From: Rhodosorus marinus CCMP1338
Taxonomy: Eukaryota > Plantae > Rhodophyta
Length of the DNA stretch: 64,000 bases
NCBI GenBank assembly: GCA_029953675.1
Contig: JAMWBK010000006.1
Span: forward strand, 1,860,001-1,924,000
Direction of reading: 5' to 3'
Part shown: one piece after another, positions 36,511 through 49,626 of the stretch
How positions within the stretch are numbered: the first letter of the stretch is position 1
Layout: every line of letters begins with the position of its first letter
Notes under the pieces: model-generated
What the model saw: the letters and a program-made list of their open reading frames with translations, nothing else
Told to the model about the DNA's origin: nothing
Databases searched by the model: none
Program-made: the position numbers and the translations under genes

Positions 36511-37827
36511 ATGGATGAAAGGAGCAAGGCGCTCAGTGATGTTACTGCGACGCCGAAAATGGCGCAAATGGGTTCGGACATGATGTCGAGTGGCGGAGTT
36601 GGCGCCTTGATGAGCCCTAGTAAATGGATGCAAACACCTCCGGTGAGGGGTTCTAACAGTTTTCCAGTGCAGCAGCCTTACAATGGACCGGAGATGTCAC
36701 CACAGCTGGTAGTAATGGGTTCTGGAGTAGGAATGACTCCGTTTGTTGAGATGTTTGGACATCAAATTCTGCCTTCGCCTGGTCCGGACATCAGTTTCAC
36801 ACCAAGCTTTCCGGTGGTACCGGCGCAGGCTCCGCAGCAGGCGAGTGTGAGAAAGAGCGCAATCAAAGATGAGTTTCAGAAGTGGACTCAAGATGAAAGA
36901 AATCAGAGAACCCCGAAGTAAGTATTTCTCCACCGTTCTTTTCGCCTTTGGCTATAGTCAGGGAAGAATGTGAGTTGCAGCGTTTGAGTTGGTCTAACGA
37001 AGTGCGGTTGTTCATGTGATAATTGATGTAGCATGATGACTCCGAATTTGGGAACGCAGAGTTTTACGGAAACGCCGATATCGAGCGTTGGCAGCAAGCA
37101 CAGTTTATCTCCACCATTTTCGCAACAAGTTCATCAACCGACCCCTCACAGACAGCGATATGTGAAGGTAGATTACGGGATGACGCCGCCGCCGCAGGCG
37201 TATCCTTATGCGCCACCTCTTATGGGAAACATGCCGTCTTATCCGATGCCGATGCAACATTTGCAGCCTCCTCCTGGAACACAGTTTGAGTACTTCGAGA
37301 CTGAGACCAAGGAAGAACCTATGTTTGCTAGGGAGTACCACCCAGGCTATGTGAGGCAACCGTATCACGAAGACTACTATCAGCAAATGCCACCGGGGGA
37401 GCGGGTGAAACGTGAGGTAGGCGCGGGTACTTATCTTCCTTCGAGAAAGATGTTACGAATGATGTTGACTTTTAGATTTTGATTCCTTGACCACCATCAG
37501 GCCTATGGAGCAGAAGCAGAAATCAGCTCTATGCATAGGCCACGGACAGGTGTGACCATTGCGAGGAAGGAGGAAGCCACCACTAAGGCCGAGGACGATG
37601 ATGTTGTTGACAAGCAGCTATTGAAACAGATTAGATCTCGGGATGCTGCGTCGAGACAGCGCAGCAGACAAAAGGATTATCTGATCAAGCTTGAGCAGGA
37701 CAATGCGAAGTTCAAAGAGAGGGTGGACACGCTTGTTCAACAGAACGAGCGCCTACGACTTGATATTCGAATGAAGAATGGCCCTGACAGAGCAAGGCCT
37801 CCATCACAAGCGCGGGGGAAGAAGTAA
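36511..37827 (+). CDS. bZIP transcription factor
   Basis: Three exons (introns near 36918-37032 and 37418-37500). Basic region KQIRSRDAASRQRSRQKDYLIKLE and heptad zipper ..FKERVDTLVQQNERLRLDI. Pro/Gln/Ser-rich N-terminus. Confidence 0.85.
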
Positions 37828-38249
37828 TGGCGTCCTCACGTGACTAACGATTGTAATGGATGTCTAAAGTACAACTCGTATTTATGGACTGCCGTAAAAC
37901 ACTCCTTAGTGGAGGACGTGGCCTGGATGGTGGAAAGAGGATGGTTTATGCATAATAGGAACAACTTGCAAAGGTTGCTGAGACGGTTTTGGGGATTTGG
38001 CAGTCGCAGAACGGGCCGAAGAATGAAATGTTCTGGTCAAGCGCTCTCTGAGGGTGGGCCAGGTCTCAGAGAGCGTCCGGGATGTTTCTTTGACTGCATG
38101 GTGTAAAGTAGCTGCCACGCATCTCGAATTGTACAGCTTCGCGACATTGCCCAAGTTTCCTTCTGTTAGGAAGGGAGTATATGGATATGAAATCTTTTGT
38201 TTTGGTACACTTCCTCTTCTGTGGAAGCATATTCAGTTTGGTATTTATA

Positions 38250-38978
38250 AAGCAAACAAAATTTAAACTAGTCGGTCCTGCCATTGTCACACGTCACTAC
38301 AGCATTTTGCTCGAAGGAGCCCATGTAGAAGTACTGATTCATCATTTCCAGTACGGCGCGTACCGGCGAACCATAGCATGCAACTATTTGCGGAACGATT
38401 TATGTGCGAGATCCCTTGAACCTGAGGTTTGACTGCTAAAGATTCGAAAGCGTCGGCGTAATTCAAGCCTCCTCCGACGCATAGACAGGTTACGGTTAGA
38501 CCCTTCTCTTAACTTTACTTCCACTACTGAAGTGAACTTCCCCGTACATCCAAACGTGAGGGACACGGGGAGGTCGTCAACTCAATAAAAAAACAAGGAT
38601 ACCCGGGAGCCCGAAGAAAACACAAGAAAGCATTGAAGGTATTCCTAATACTTCTTTGCAAACTTGGGACGGAATAGGGTGTCTCCGCGCAGCTCTCACT
38701 CCTCCACCTTGAAGTGATGTTGCCTTCTCCACTCGGGGTCCTTGATCCATTTGCGAACATAGTAAGGATTCCTCGATTCCTTCAATGCTTCCTCTAGCGA
38801 ATTGAGACCGGGAAACGAGTATTAGCGGAAATAAATATATCGAAACAGCGAACAGTGCAATAGCCTAGAGGAGCAAGCAGAGCAATTGCAAGGACCACGT
38901 ACCATTCGTCTTGTCAGTTTGTCCCGCCCAGAGCATGAGCAAGGGAATAGTAACTGCAGTAATGCAAAGCCTATGCAT
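38250..38978 (-). CDS. Orphan protein with signal peptide (3' end uncertain)
   Basis: MHRLCITAVTIPLLMLWAGQTDKTN, GTACGT..CTCTAG intron 38865-38902, then GYCTVRCFDIFISANNSFPGLNSLEEALKESRNPYYVRKWIKDPEWRRQHHFK. Later exon-like frames include VGGGLNYADAFESLAV. Confidence 0.4.
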
Positions 38979-40407
38979 TAAGATAAGCGACGTCAGTCCC
39001 TTCTAGAGCGGTTCTGCAAGGAAAGAAACCTTGACGCTAATAAATGGGTACATGGTACATCTCCGCTTACCAACGGGTCTCCTGCCACCCTTGGTTCCAC
39101 CAGAACATATACTGGTCCCTCATACTAACTTGAGGATGAGTCCAAGTTGGCGCGTACTTGTACGGCCCTCTCATTACCCGCTGAAGAATAGTCGACATTT
39201 CTATTAATCACGAACCCCACCCGACAGTGCTACTTCCCACACCTTCCCACACCTTCCCTTTCCACCCAAACAAGAAAAAAGAAACACCACGAAAGTCCAA
39301 AGGTTCACGAACCAGAAAACCAAAAACCTCAAGGGCGGCTTAAAATACTATCAACGTTCAACCTAATTTGTGAGAAACCAAAACAAAGCACCCTCCTTAC
39401 CCCGCCAACTCTCCACACCTCTTCAACGCTAGTTATCTACTGCCCAATTCACACCCCAAATACAAGCTTCCAAAGAAAACCTCCTAAACAATACCAAAAG
39501 CCTGGCAAGCTGATCGGCCACTGTTACCCTCAAAGTTCCAGGTCAGTTCAGGAAAACTTCCTCACCCCGATTCTGGATTGATATTCAATCAATACCAAAA
39601 TCTTTAATCGTTGAAATACATTTGTTCCTTCCGAGAAAATAATTATAAATATACAGGATCTCCATATTGACTGTATTTCAATCTAAATATTTCTTTCTAA
39701 ACAACCTTCTCCCCCGCCCTTCCCCCTCCTGTCCGGGTAAAAGTTTCAACCTGTGCAAGTGCAGATACCACCCACAAAATTAGAAATATTCAGTTAATAT
39801 GGCGAAAAATTGGTTTCTTTTCAGCCCTTGGGAGGAATTTTGTCAACAAATACTGCGAGGGGTCCTTCAGATTCTCTGGTTTTTGTTTTGAGGAGAACGG
39901 AGAGGGGTTTGGTGCAGCTCTAGTATTTTTTATTTTTTTTTGTGAAGGTTTTAGCTGGTGGGGTTAGTACAACTAGTACAGTCGATAATACTTTTTTGGG
40001 GGGTCGGGTTGCAGTGGTCGCTCTAATGGGATTTTGTTGAGGAAATGAGTAGATACAAAGATGCGGGAGGCAGATCTTGGCAGCCATGGCGATTTCCTTT
40101 GGTAGTTTTGCGTGTGGAGAGTAAGCAGTGAAGTTTAGCGGTAGTTACCTAGGTTTCTGTTTTCTTGGGTTTGGAATTTCGGCTCGGTCGTGCCCTTGTA
40201 CTGCATCCATTCATAGTCGCGGATTTAGGCGTCTCATTTTTGAAGAGGAGTTTTGTTTTGTTTTTTCATTGGAATCGAGGACAGAGCATATTTGTTTAAG
40301 ACGTATTCAGAATAGCATCTGGCGGTCTGAATTCGTAAGCGAGGGTGTTGCTTAGAGTAGGTAAGATTTTCTTTCATCCGACGATCGACAAATGAAATAG
40401 CAAGCGA

Positions 40408-42724
40408 ATGATGGTGATGAACCGGACAGAGAAGGAGTCCCAATGGCCCGCGAGACCGGCGGATCTAAATAATGAGGAGGCTGAGCTTGATAGGGTCGAG
40501 GTGGTTAGGCTGATTGCACAGGTAATGCCGATTAATTGTCGAGTTTGTTTTCACAGTCGTCCTGCGAGTATGTTCTCATAGAAGGCTCTACTTTGGTATG
40601 CCAGTGTCTGGAGGACTTCGGCCTTCCACAATCAGCGGAGTCGCTGGAGAACGAATCTGGCATTTCGGCTCTGTCAACCAGTGTGAAAGTGTTCAGACAG
40701 TGTATTTTAGCCGGAAATTGGGATGAGCTAGAAAATGTTCTAGAAGCCCTGGGGAAGTTTCGGTCAGAGGAGGACTATCAAAACGCTAGGTTTGTCCTCT
40801 ATCGACAGTACTATCTGGAGCTGCTCGAAAAGGGCGAAAAAATTGTAAGCCACACGAAGCAGTTCTTGCTGGGATCTAGCGGCCGGTATCTAATGAATGG
40901 ACATCTTCACTTGGTAGGAAGCGCTCTCCTCCTTAAGAAAGAAGCTTGAGCCGTGCTGTGGACAACTTGAGCAGTTGAAGGAGCTTTCTTTACTCGTTAT
41001 CTGCAAAACACCTGAGGAACTGAGGCGACGGGCGAAATGGAACGGCGTTGAATCACGAGCTGAAGTTCTCAGGGCTGTCCAAAGCTACATTCCGTCTTCG
41101 GTAATGCTTCCCGAGAAGCGGTTGCAAGCCCTTCTACGGCAGGCATTGATGTACCAGAAGGATAGTGCACAATATCCGTACACGAAACAGTCAAACCTGA
41201 GCCTCCTGGAAGATCTTGAGTATTCGAATGACAGAATACCTACGGTCACGAGCCGAGTCCTAACCAAACATAGGGACGAGGTATGGTTCGTTCAGTTTTC
41301 TCACAACGGAAAGTAGGTTATTTGCGCTGAAAAGTGTCCATACGTCCCAGCCCGCATAGACTCACAAGTTGCAATTCCCGCATCGCAGGTGGCTTGTTTC
41401 AGCTTCGAAGGATAGAACAATAATCGTGTGGGATGTGGAGAAGCTGAGGAAGTCCGACGATCAGTCGGAGGCAATATTGCATACTCTCGAGGGGCAGGAG
41501 GATCCTCTGTCATTCCTTTCGTGGAGCCCCGATGACAGCCTGCTTAGCTGCGGTAATGATAAAGTGATACGACTGTGGAGTATGGAGACAGGGACGAACG
41601 TTCATTCGCTGGAGAAGCACACGGACAGGGTCACAGCTTGCGCGTGGCTCAACAAGAGCTCGTAAGTATCAGCCAGCAGGTCGAGCTCGATTTAAAATAC
41701 TTGGGACAGTCTTGTAAGGGCTGGCTGCATCTGTTCAACGGCCAACCGGCATGTCCCCCATAGGAACTGAGGAGTATTACTCTCTTCGCTACTGACAAGT
41801 TCGCGTTCGCATGATGCAGTGAGCAACTAGTGCTCTCTACCGAATCTGACATGAGTTCCACTATTGTTTTGTCTGTGCAGGGCGCTCGTAAGCGCTGGAT
41901 TAGACCGCAAAATTCTGTTTTGGGTAGAGGTTCGTGGACAGTGGCAGACCAAGGACATGATTCTCGTGTCTGCGCAAATTATGGATATGGCTGTCGCAAG
42001 AGACGCCTCTAAGCTCGTCACAATTTGCTCCGACAATGTGATTCATATTTATGACACCACAACTGCCACGGAGATTTCCACGATCAAGGAGGAAGACAGT
42101 GTTATGTCTCTGTGCTTATCCGTGGTATGGATTCGCAAGCACGCTTGCCTCAATTGTGACGGGCCGCTGCTCTCAGAACTTTGACGCTCTTTTTTTGTGA
42201 CTCTGTTCAATGTCTCACTGCAGGACGGTGTCTCTCTCCTTGTTAATATGTCGCCTGTGAAAATTGCTCCTGTCATTCATGAATGGGACCTTACTGAGGA
42301 AAAGCTTGTGCAGAAGTACAGTGGACAGCGTCAGTCCAGGTTTGTGATTCGATCGTGCTTCAGCGGATACAATCAAATGTTTGTCCTCAGTGGAAGTGAA
42401 GATAGCAACGTAAGAACGACTTCTCACTCCCTTGGCCTCGATTGAAAATGCTGCTCAGAGCGTTATATTCGGATAGTCGGAGCTAGAAATCGCTCTGACC
42501 TCTCAAGGAAATATTTTGTTTGCTACCAGGTTTATTTGTGGAGGAGAAAAAACGGGTCTCTGATAGCGTCTCTCAGTGGGCATAGCCGTACTGTCAATGC
42601 TGTGAGCTGGAATCCTGTAGATCCGTTTGTGTTCGCATCAGCCAGTGACGATGGAACTGTGCGTATCTGGGACTCGTCATCACCCGTTGACAGCCCGGCG
42701 GAGCCTATGAACATAGCAGATTGA
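40408..42724 (+). CDS. WDR26: WDR26/GID7-like LisH-CTLH-WD40 protein (CTLH E3 complex)
   Basis: Lis[11 protein letters not shown]|[80 protein letters not shown] and [28 protein letters not shown]. Confidence 0.92.
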
Positions 42725-43725
42725 TACCACCAGATCAATCGGACCGACGATTAGCCAGAAAGGAGCGCTTGGGGGAGCGACTCAACATATGTGAAGAACG
42801 TGGGTGATTGTTGTCTCCTGCTTTTGCACCAATAGAGAGACAATAAATAGATTTGTACAACACCTCTCCCAAAGACGAAGTATTTCCAATCTCGCACATA
42901 AGCATTCGATCATGACCGCGTCAGGTTCTTCTTTTCCGGCCGAATGATTCGAACTCCTTGCAGGATGTTGAGATAAGCGGCGATGTCACCGCTAGCTGTG
43001 AGGAACAGGGAGAGTTGTACAGTTTTTCATCTCGAAGGTCCCTGGGAACTTTGAGCTTTCACGACGGTCAAAAGGCTGATTTGGCCTCAGAAACTTTGGT
43101 CGGTACCGCGCGCAGCCTTCTTGGGTTAATTTTGCTAGAATCTGGGCCTCCGTACCTTCTGTATCGTTAACCTCGCGCGTACTTTGCGACTGTTGGACAG
43201 AGTACCACTACGTCTCTCAACTTTAGAGATGACATCCTCGGCTCTAAGCGCAAAGTTGCTTAACCATCTTTTCTATTAAAAAACAAGAAACGCCTAAATC
43301 TATGAAATGGAGAACTAAATCTAATCCTTGACCCACCAAATTATCTATTATTTCAAATAAGAATCACCTGAACGTCTAAACACAGAACATACTGGGGAAA
43401 ACGACTGTAAATTAGGATTGAACCTTAATCTGTAATCTTGGTATTCAGAAAATCAATCAAGAAGGGATATTTCTCTTTCTATAGGAGAAATATCTTTGAT
43501 AATGGACCATTTAGGAATACCAAAGTTTTTAATTCATGAAATGGGTTTTGGTGTAGTAACGAACCGTTGTAACAGTGGAATTTAAAAGAGGGGATTTCTT
43601 GGCCCGGCTGGGACTGGTTAGTAGTGGAGGTGGTGGGTGTCATTGGGATCAAGGATCGATTGGGATTGAGGATGGTTTTGGTTAGAATAGCAAAGTGAAA
43701 AGGAAGAAATCAGAGAGAAACAAAG

Positions 43726-44377
43726 ATGCCGTATGATACTGCTGAGTTTCCTGCGGAACCGAAGTTCTTTGGTCCGGAGCCGAAGTCTGGTCAGCTGACT
43801 CCTTACGCGGCGAAGTTGCTTGCACAGCTGTTCGGTATGCTTGCTCTCATCATTGTTGGAGTCAACACTCCGCAGACCGTGAATCCGTTTCAAGGAACAG
43901 GGATCGCCGTGATTTGCTTGTCTTATGGGCTCTTAGTCGTTCAAGGTTTGCTAATTATCCTAAGAACCTTTGTCGACATGACGAAGGAAAGCGGGATACA
44001 GCTCCAGGACAATGTTCTGTGCACGCAAGCGAGCGAAGCATACATAATGCTTTTCATTTCTGTCATTTGGGCGGCGATAGTTTGGATGTGCTCCTCCGCT
44101 GTGCTGACGGCTACGGTAAGCTCTGATCAACCTCTTACGCATGAAATTGTCTTGTCAACAGAAGGGTACTGACATGGAACCAATACGCTCTTGTGACCGC
44201 TAGGGGATCCAAGGCCTTGTCCAAGTTTTTGCTTGGCTAGGGATGGCCTCGGCGTTGTTCTCTGCGTTCCAAGCGCACCTCCACCGATGTGAGGAGACTG
44301 AAAACAACGAGATTCATTCGTACGAACTTCGCATTGGAACTCAAACTGGTGAAACTGTCGAAGCGCAGTACAGATAA
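43726..44377 (+). CDS. Four-TM membrane protein, MARVEL/CASP-like
   Basis: Three hydrophobic helices in exon 1 and a fourth (GIQGLVQVFAWLGMASALFSAF) after intron 44116-44203. About 187 aa. Confidence 0.6.
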
Positions 44378-45012
44378 GGCTGCTCGGGCGTTCCCAGCCA
44401 ATTCGCGGGAGCACAAACCCAGCGGAATTGGCACAAACCCTCCCACATGCTAAATATTTTTGTCCAATACGAGATCGGGTCCGGACACAAATTTTGGTTC
44501 CTTTTCGCGGACTGCGAGGATATCTAACCGAGAGCGTTGTTCCCGAGTTTTCCAACAACCCGGATCTTGATCGTATATCTTATAGTGTCTTCAGAAATTC
44601 ATCTAACACGCCAGATCGTAAGATATAAAACGCGAATTTCCCCCGAAAAAGCAGGGAGCGGGGGGACCACTCGAGCAAGAAAGCAGATTCTGGATCTGCC
44701 AGTGTCTGGGAGCGTACGGGTCTCCAATGTGGAACTCAATCACAGTGTTTTAAGAGTCCCTAGTCAAGCACAAACGGGGGAACGCTTTGAGATTCAACAC
44801 CCTCCGTGAAACTAATGTAAACAAATTGTAGCAGATACGGTAGTAATCAATGAGCGATACAAGGTCCCAAGCAGAGCGCGTGATCTCTCTTAAGTTATCG
44901 AATAGCAGTTTCGCACTCTAGCAAGTGAACTACTCCTCAACAAACTTCTGCGGATGCCCTACTCCGTTAGAGGTGCGTATCTAGCGTTTCCAGCGAAAAA
45001 GGACATCGGGAG

Positions 45013-47691
45013 TTACTCATCAGCCTACCCGCAACGAGGAAAAAGAGACATAGCCGCAAGTCTTACTGACCTTTAGGACTCGGTTCAACGCCTGAACGTA
45101 GGCGGTGGTGGATGCCACCACAACATCTGTGTTCGCAGATGAGCCATTCACAGTTTTACCGGTTGTGTGGTCCTTCAACTGGACCATGACCTCTCCGAGT
45201 GCATCAATTCCTTTTGTGACACTGTTAACCTGTTACACACTCGCCGCCAAAAGTTTCAAAAGGGATGGACTTGCGTGAACAAATTTTTCGCAGGTTCTGA
45301 CCTTGTACTCCAGAAGGGTTATGGAGCCTTCTTCAAAACAGATCTTCTGGACACCCTGAAAAGCTGCGTCCACCGGCCCCGTCCCTACTGAACTTGCAGT
45401 AGTCTGGGTGGACGAGAAAATCGTCAGCTCTTTTAAAGCGGCAAATCTACGCGGCACAGGTCTTGAAATTTCCTACCTCTACTCCGTTCACATCCAGAGT
45501 AACGGTGGCAGTTGGTACCAACGGCTCTCCACACTGCACTTGCACTCTCACCAGTTTTACGTCAGGGGTATCCAGCTGCTTCACCTCATCACTGATAATG
45601 GACTCCAGGTCCCAATCCGTCACTTCTTTCTTCTTGTCGGCTAGTTCCTTGAATCTAAACAAGAGAGAGCTCGCGCTGCTGATTAGCAGTTTGGCCCGTA
45701 GCTACTGGCAGGCAATTGCGAACGCCCACAGGCAACCATCTTACCGGATAAAAGCCTTGTTTAACTCCTCGTCGCTAATATCATATCCCATTTCAGTCAG
45801 CCTCGCTCGGAACGCGGCTCTCCCCGAAAGTTTCCCGAGCACAAGGGAGTTGTCTCCATGTCCGATGGATTTCGCGTCCATGATCTCGTAAGTTAAGCGG
45901 TTTTTCAGTATACCTGGAAGGAAGGGGGGGATAATTTCACTGACGCCTCAGTATTGTAAACCTCTCATTGATATCAATTCCAACTAAAGGACGAAGTCTT
46001 ACCATCTTGATGAATTCCGCTCTCATGCGCGAAAGCATTTGCACCAACAATCGCTTTATTGGGTTGTACACTCATTCCTGTCATGTTTGAGACCATCCGA
46101 GAGCTGTTGTAGATCTCTCGGTGGTTGATGTTGGTCAGGAAAGAATCTGTTCAAACGAGAAGATTGAATTAGACCTCTTTGCACTCAGCTGATCTTGAAA
46201 TAGGAGCCACTTACTTTGGGCCAGGTGCAGCTTGGACGCGTAGTACTGTCTTCTCACTTGCAGGGCCATCACAATTTCCTCCATGGCTGCGTTGCCAGCC
46301 CTCTCTCCAATTCCGTTAATTGTGGTCTCGACCTAGATACATGGGATCGGTATGAATTCTCAGGCCTCACGCCTAACCGACGCTATATATAGAGCTTATT
46401 CTGAGAATTCTCACCTGACGAGCACCATTTTCAACACCAGAGAGGAAGTTTGCAACGGCCAAGCCGAGGTCATTGTGTCCGTGAAGAGAGATCGTCAAGT
46501 TTTCGATACCTTCTACGTTCTCTCTGATTCCGCGTATCAACGCGCCGTACTCATCTGGGGTTGTGTATCCGACCTGCACTCCCGGCATACATATATCTCG
46601 CAATTCAGAAATTGTTGTTTTGCGCTCGGGTCACTCAATGGGACCATCCGGCTCACCGTGTCTGGGACGTTAAGAGTCGTCGCGCCTGCCGCGATAGCTC
46701 GAGAATACACTTCGTACAAGAACTCAGGGTCAGATCGAGTTGCATCCTCAGCAGAGAACTCGACATCTTCACACAACGACCGAGCATGTGACACCATTTC
46801 CGTGGTGGCTTCCAAAACCTCAGCTGGAGTTTTCTTCAATTTATACTCCATGTGAAGGTCCGATGTCGCTATGAACGTATGAATTCGAGGGAACGACGCA
46901 TGCTTCACTGCCTCCCAGCATCTGTCAATATCAGGCTACGCAGCCATACAAACCATATTGAAGTTGAGGCATTGTTTCATCCTCCAAACCAAGAGCACAG
47001 CCCGGACAGCACGCGAAGCTGAACAATGTCCTACCTTTCTTGCCCTTGACAAACCACAAATGATCGGCGGATCATCGCGACATCCAACCGTCTGAGCGAT
47101 TGTTTTAACAGCTTCAAAGTCTCCAACGCTCGCAATTGGAAAACCGGCCTCTATGATATCTACACCCAGCTTCGCCAACTGTTTCGCGAGTATCAGCTTC
47201 TCTTCGCCAGTCAGGGATGCTCCTGGGGACTGTTCGCCATCTCTTAGAGTCGTGTCAAAGATTTTCACTCTCGCAGGGTCTCTGCCAGTTGCCAAATCTG
47301 GCCAGTAGCAGGGAAGGAGTCAGCGTGTGTCACTTTCCAAACAGAGTGATTGAACAACATAGTCCAGCGGGTCGCTCTATTCTCCCCATATTCGTCCCTA
47401 TCTGGGCCTTGCACTATCTCTCATGTACCACAGCGCAAGGACACACCGGAAAGAAGCTGTGCTGGAAGCGGAACACTCACCATGCTTGGTTGGGACAGGT
47501 GCAACTAGGACAGGATGCTTCTTTTCCAAGTCAACCTGCGGTTGAGTAGTTGTCATCCGCACACCAGTGGCTCGCTTCAGGGCAATATTCAGCGGTCGCC
47601 CTGGGCGGCAAACGTCTGAGCCTCCAAACGTACTCTGCCGCAGACTCTGCTGGGCGACGCCTGACAGGACGAATCCTTGCGTTGAGCTCAT
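45013..47691 (-). CDS. leuA: 2-isopropylmalate synthase, plastid-targeted
   Basis: [76 protein letters not shown] and the regulatory domain [23 protein letters not shown]. Transit peptide MSSTQGFV. Confidence 0.96.
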
Positions 47692-49134
47692 TATCTGCAC
47701 TTCCGAAACAATTCAAGCCGCGCAACAAGAATCAAAGCCCCAAAACTCCCCCGAGCAAAAGCAAACGAATCAGCAAGATCCTCCCCCCCTCCACCCCAAA
47801 CCCCCGAAATCAAAAAATTCCAATTAGGATGCCCAACGCATCACTCTCCCAAACAGCAACTAGCACTCCACCAACAGTCAAGCAGAGAGGCGGCCCACCC
47901 CCAACCCCTTCCTCACAGCTGTATATATACACCCTCCCAAAAAAACAAGAACAACTTCAGCTCCAAACACAACTGACACTGATGGAGTCTCCCATCGTCA
48001 TTGGAGGTGGCCCGCAGGAGCAATTCTTCCATCATTTCCATTTGATGTTTACGGCGAAACGCACTCAAAAAGACCCGTTCTTTTAAACCTACCCAGTATC
48101 TGGTCTTGAGGTATCCGTAACCTTAGCCTGGCCAATGTAATTATTTAAAAATAAAAGAACAACTCCTACAAAGGGTGAGATAAGAAGAAAGATCCCCACC
48201 CCTAAGCTAATGCTTGAAATTTTAGTTCCACTTTTTTCCAACGAAGCTCATTTGACCACCGACGGAAAAGAGGTTTATTTGTTTTGGGGATTTTTTTCCT
48301 CGGCCGGATTTCGGGGTGACGCTTTGGATGGGAAGGGTGACACTCTCTGGTGTTTTGTTTGTTTGTTTGGATTTCTCGTGCTCTTCTGCGCGAGCATATT
48401 CCGCAATGGGATTACAGGAAGCCTATTCCCTCGGCTCCGGTGTTTATTTTTCGTCCATGGGCCTATCGCCGATCCCGTATATCGATCAATGTGTAGTTCA
48501 CATCCTGCACCAAAATATTCAAAAGCCTGCTCGAAAGAAACAACAAGTTTGCTCCCGGTCAGATCTTGTCATCAGCAGCAACGGTGACAATATGTACCCA
48601 TATGAGAGTATCATCGTTCTCATTCGCGCGTATACTCAATAGAGAGGGGGGGGGACATTCAGGATCTCCACACTGGGCTTCTGCGAGGAATGTTGCATTG
48701 GAGCACAGGCGCCCCAGCCTAAAGACTTCTTCTACTAAATTATTCGATTGTGCTAGTCTGATTTTCAGTCCTCCGACTTCATCCTCGGCCATAGAAGGGC
48801 CAGCGAAGAGAGACATCTTTCTCTTTTTGTTCATTACCAGCTGGTCTGGTACTAGAGAGCTCTCTACTAAAGCGCGCCGATTACAGAGATTGATGGTGGA
48901 GCATCTCTCAAGCTGAGAGGTATTCAGAGCATATAAGCTGCATCTGTAAGAAGCGTGTAAGGAATGCAAATCCGTAGCTTTTTCAAGCGCCCTGGCACGT
49001 CCTCTCGCTCGTGTTCAAATGGTTGATGGAGCGCTAACGAAAGGGGTGGGTAATGCGGGTTGACCGGTTTCGGATAGGTAGCGATAGGCTCTCCTAGCTC
49101 TAGCATGATCGTAGGAGATACTTTTACAGGCACT

Positions 49135-49626
49135 ATGAGGATGTATGGCTTCGTTGTTCCGTCTTTCGGCCATGGGACTTCTGTCCGTGGAAGTCGGCGG
49201 ATGGTTTCTCGGGGATGTCAAGATCTGTCGGAGGCGCGTTACATGGCAACGTCGTTATTGAAAAGCGCTGGTTTAGTGGATGATCATGTTCGCGCTAGCG
49301 ATCTGACGATAATAGCTCCGGATGGTGAGGCCCAGTTTATGAGCAATGGATTTTTTCAAATTGTAAACAAGGGAAGGAGATGCGTGTGCTTGCTCCCCGG
49401 TCAGAGACTTCGGGAACATTACCACGATGTGGATGAACTGTTCCATATCACAGGAGGATCTGTAGATATAACCATTCCGGATGACATCAACACCCTCAGC
49501 ATTGGAGATGACATCGACATTCCGCGTGAGACTCCACACAGCCTGTACGCTTCCGAGAAGGATGGAGTTCAATTCTTCTCAGACGAGGGGCAGAAGAAGC
49601 GGACTACTGTTTGGACCGATCGGTAG
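49135..49626 (+). CDS. Single-domain cupin with putative plastid transit peptide (intronless)
   Basis: Cupin motif 1 LREHYHDVDELFHITGG and motif 2 IGDDIDIPRETPHSL. N-terminus MRMYGFVVPSFG..SVRGSRR. Confidence 0.82.
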   Translation: MRMYGFVVPSFGHGTSVRGSRRMVSRGCQDLSEARYMATSLLKSAGLVDDHVRASDLTIIAPDGEAQFMSNGFFQIVNKGRRCVCLLPGQRLREHYHDVDELFHITGGSVDITIPDDINTLSIGDDIDIPRETPHSLYASEKDGVQFFSDEGQKKRTTVWTDR

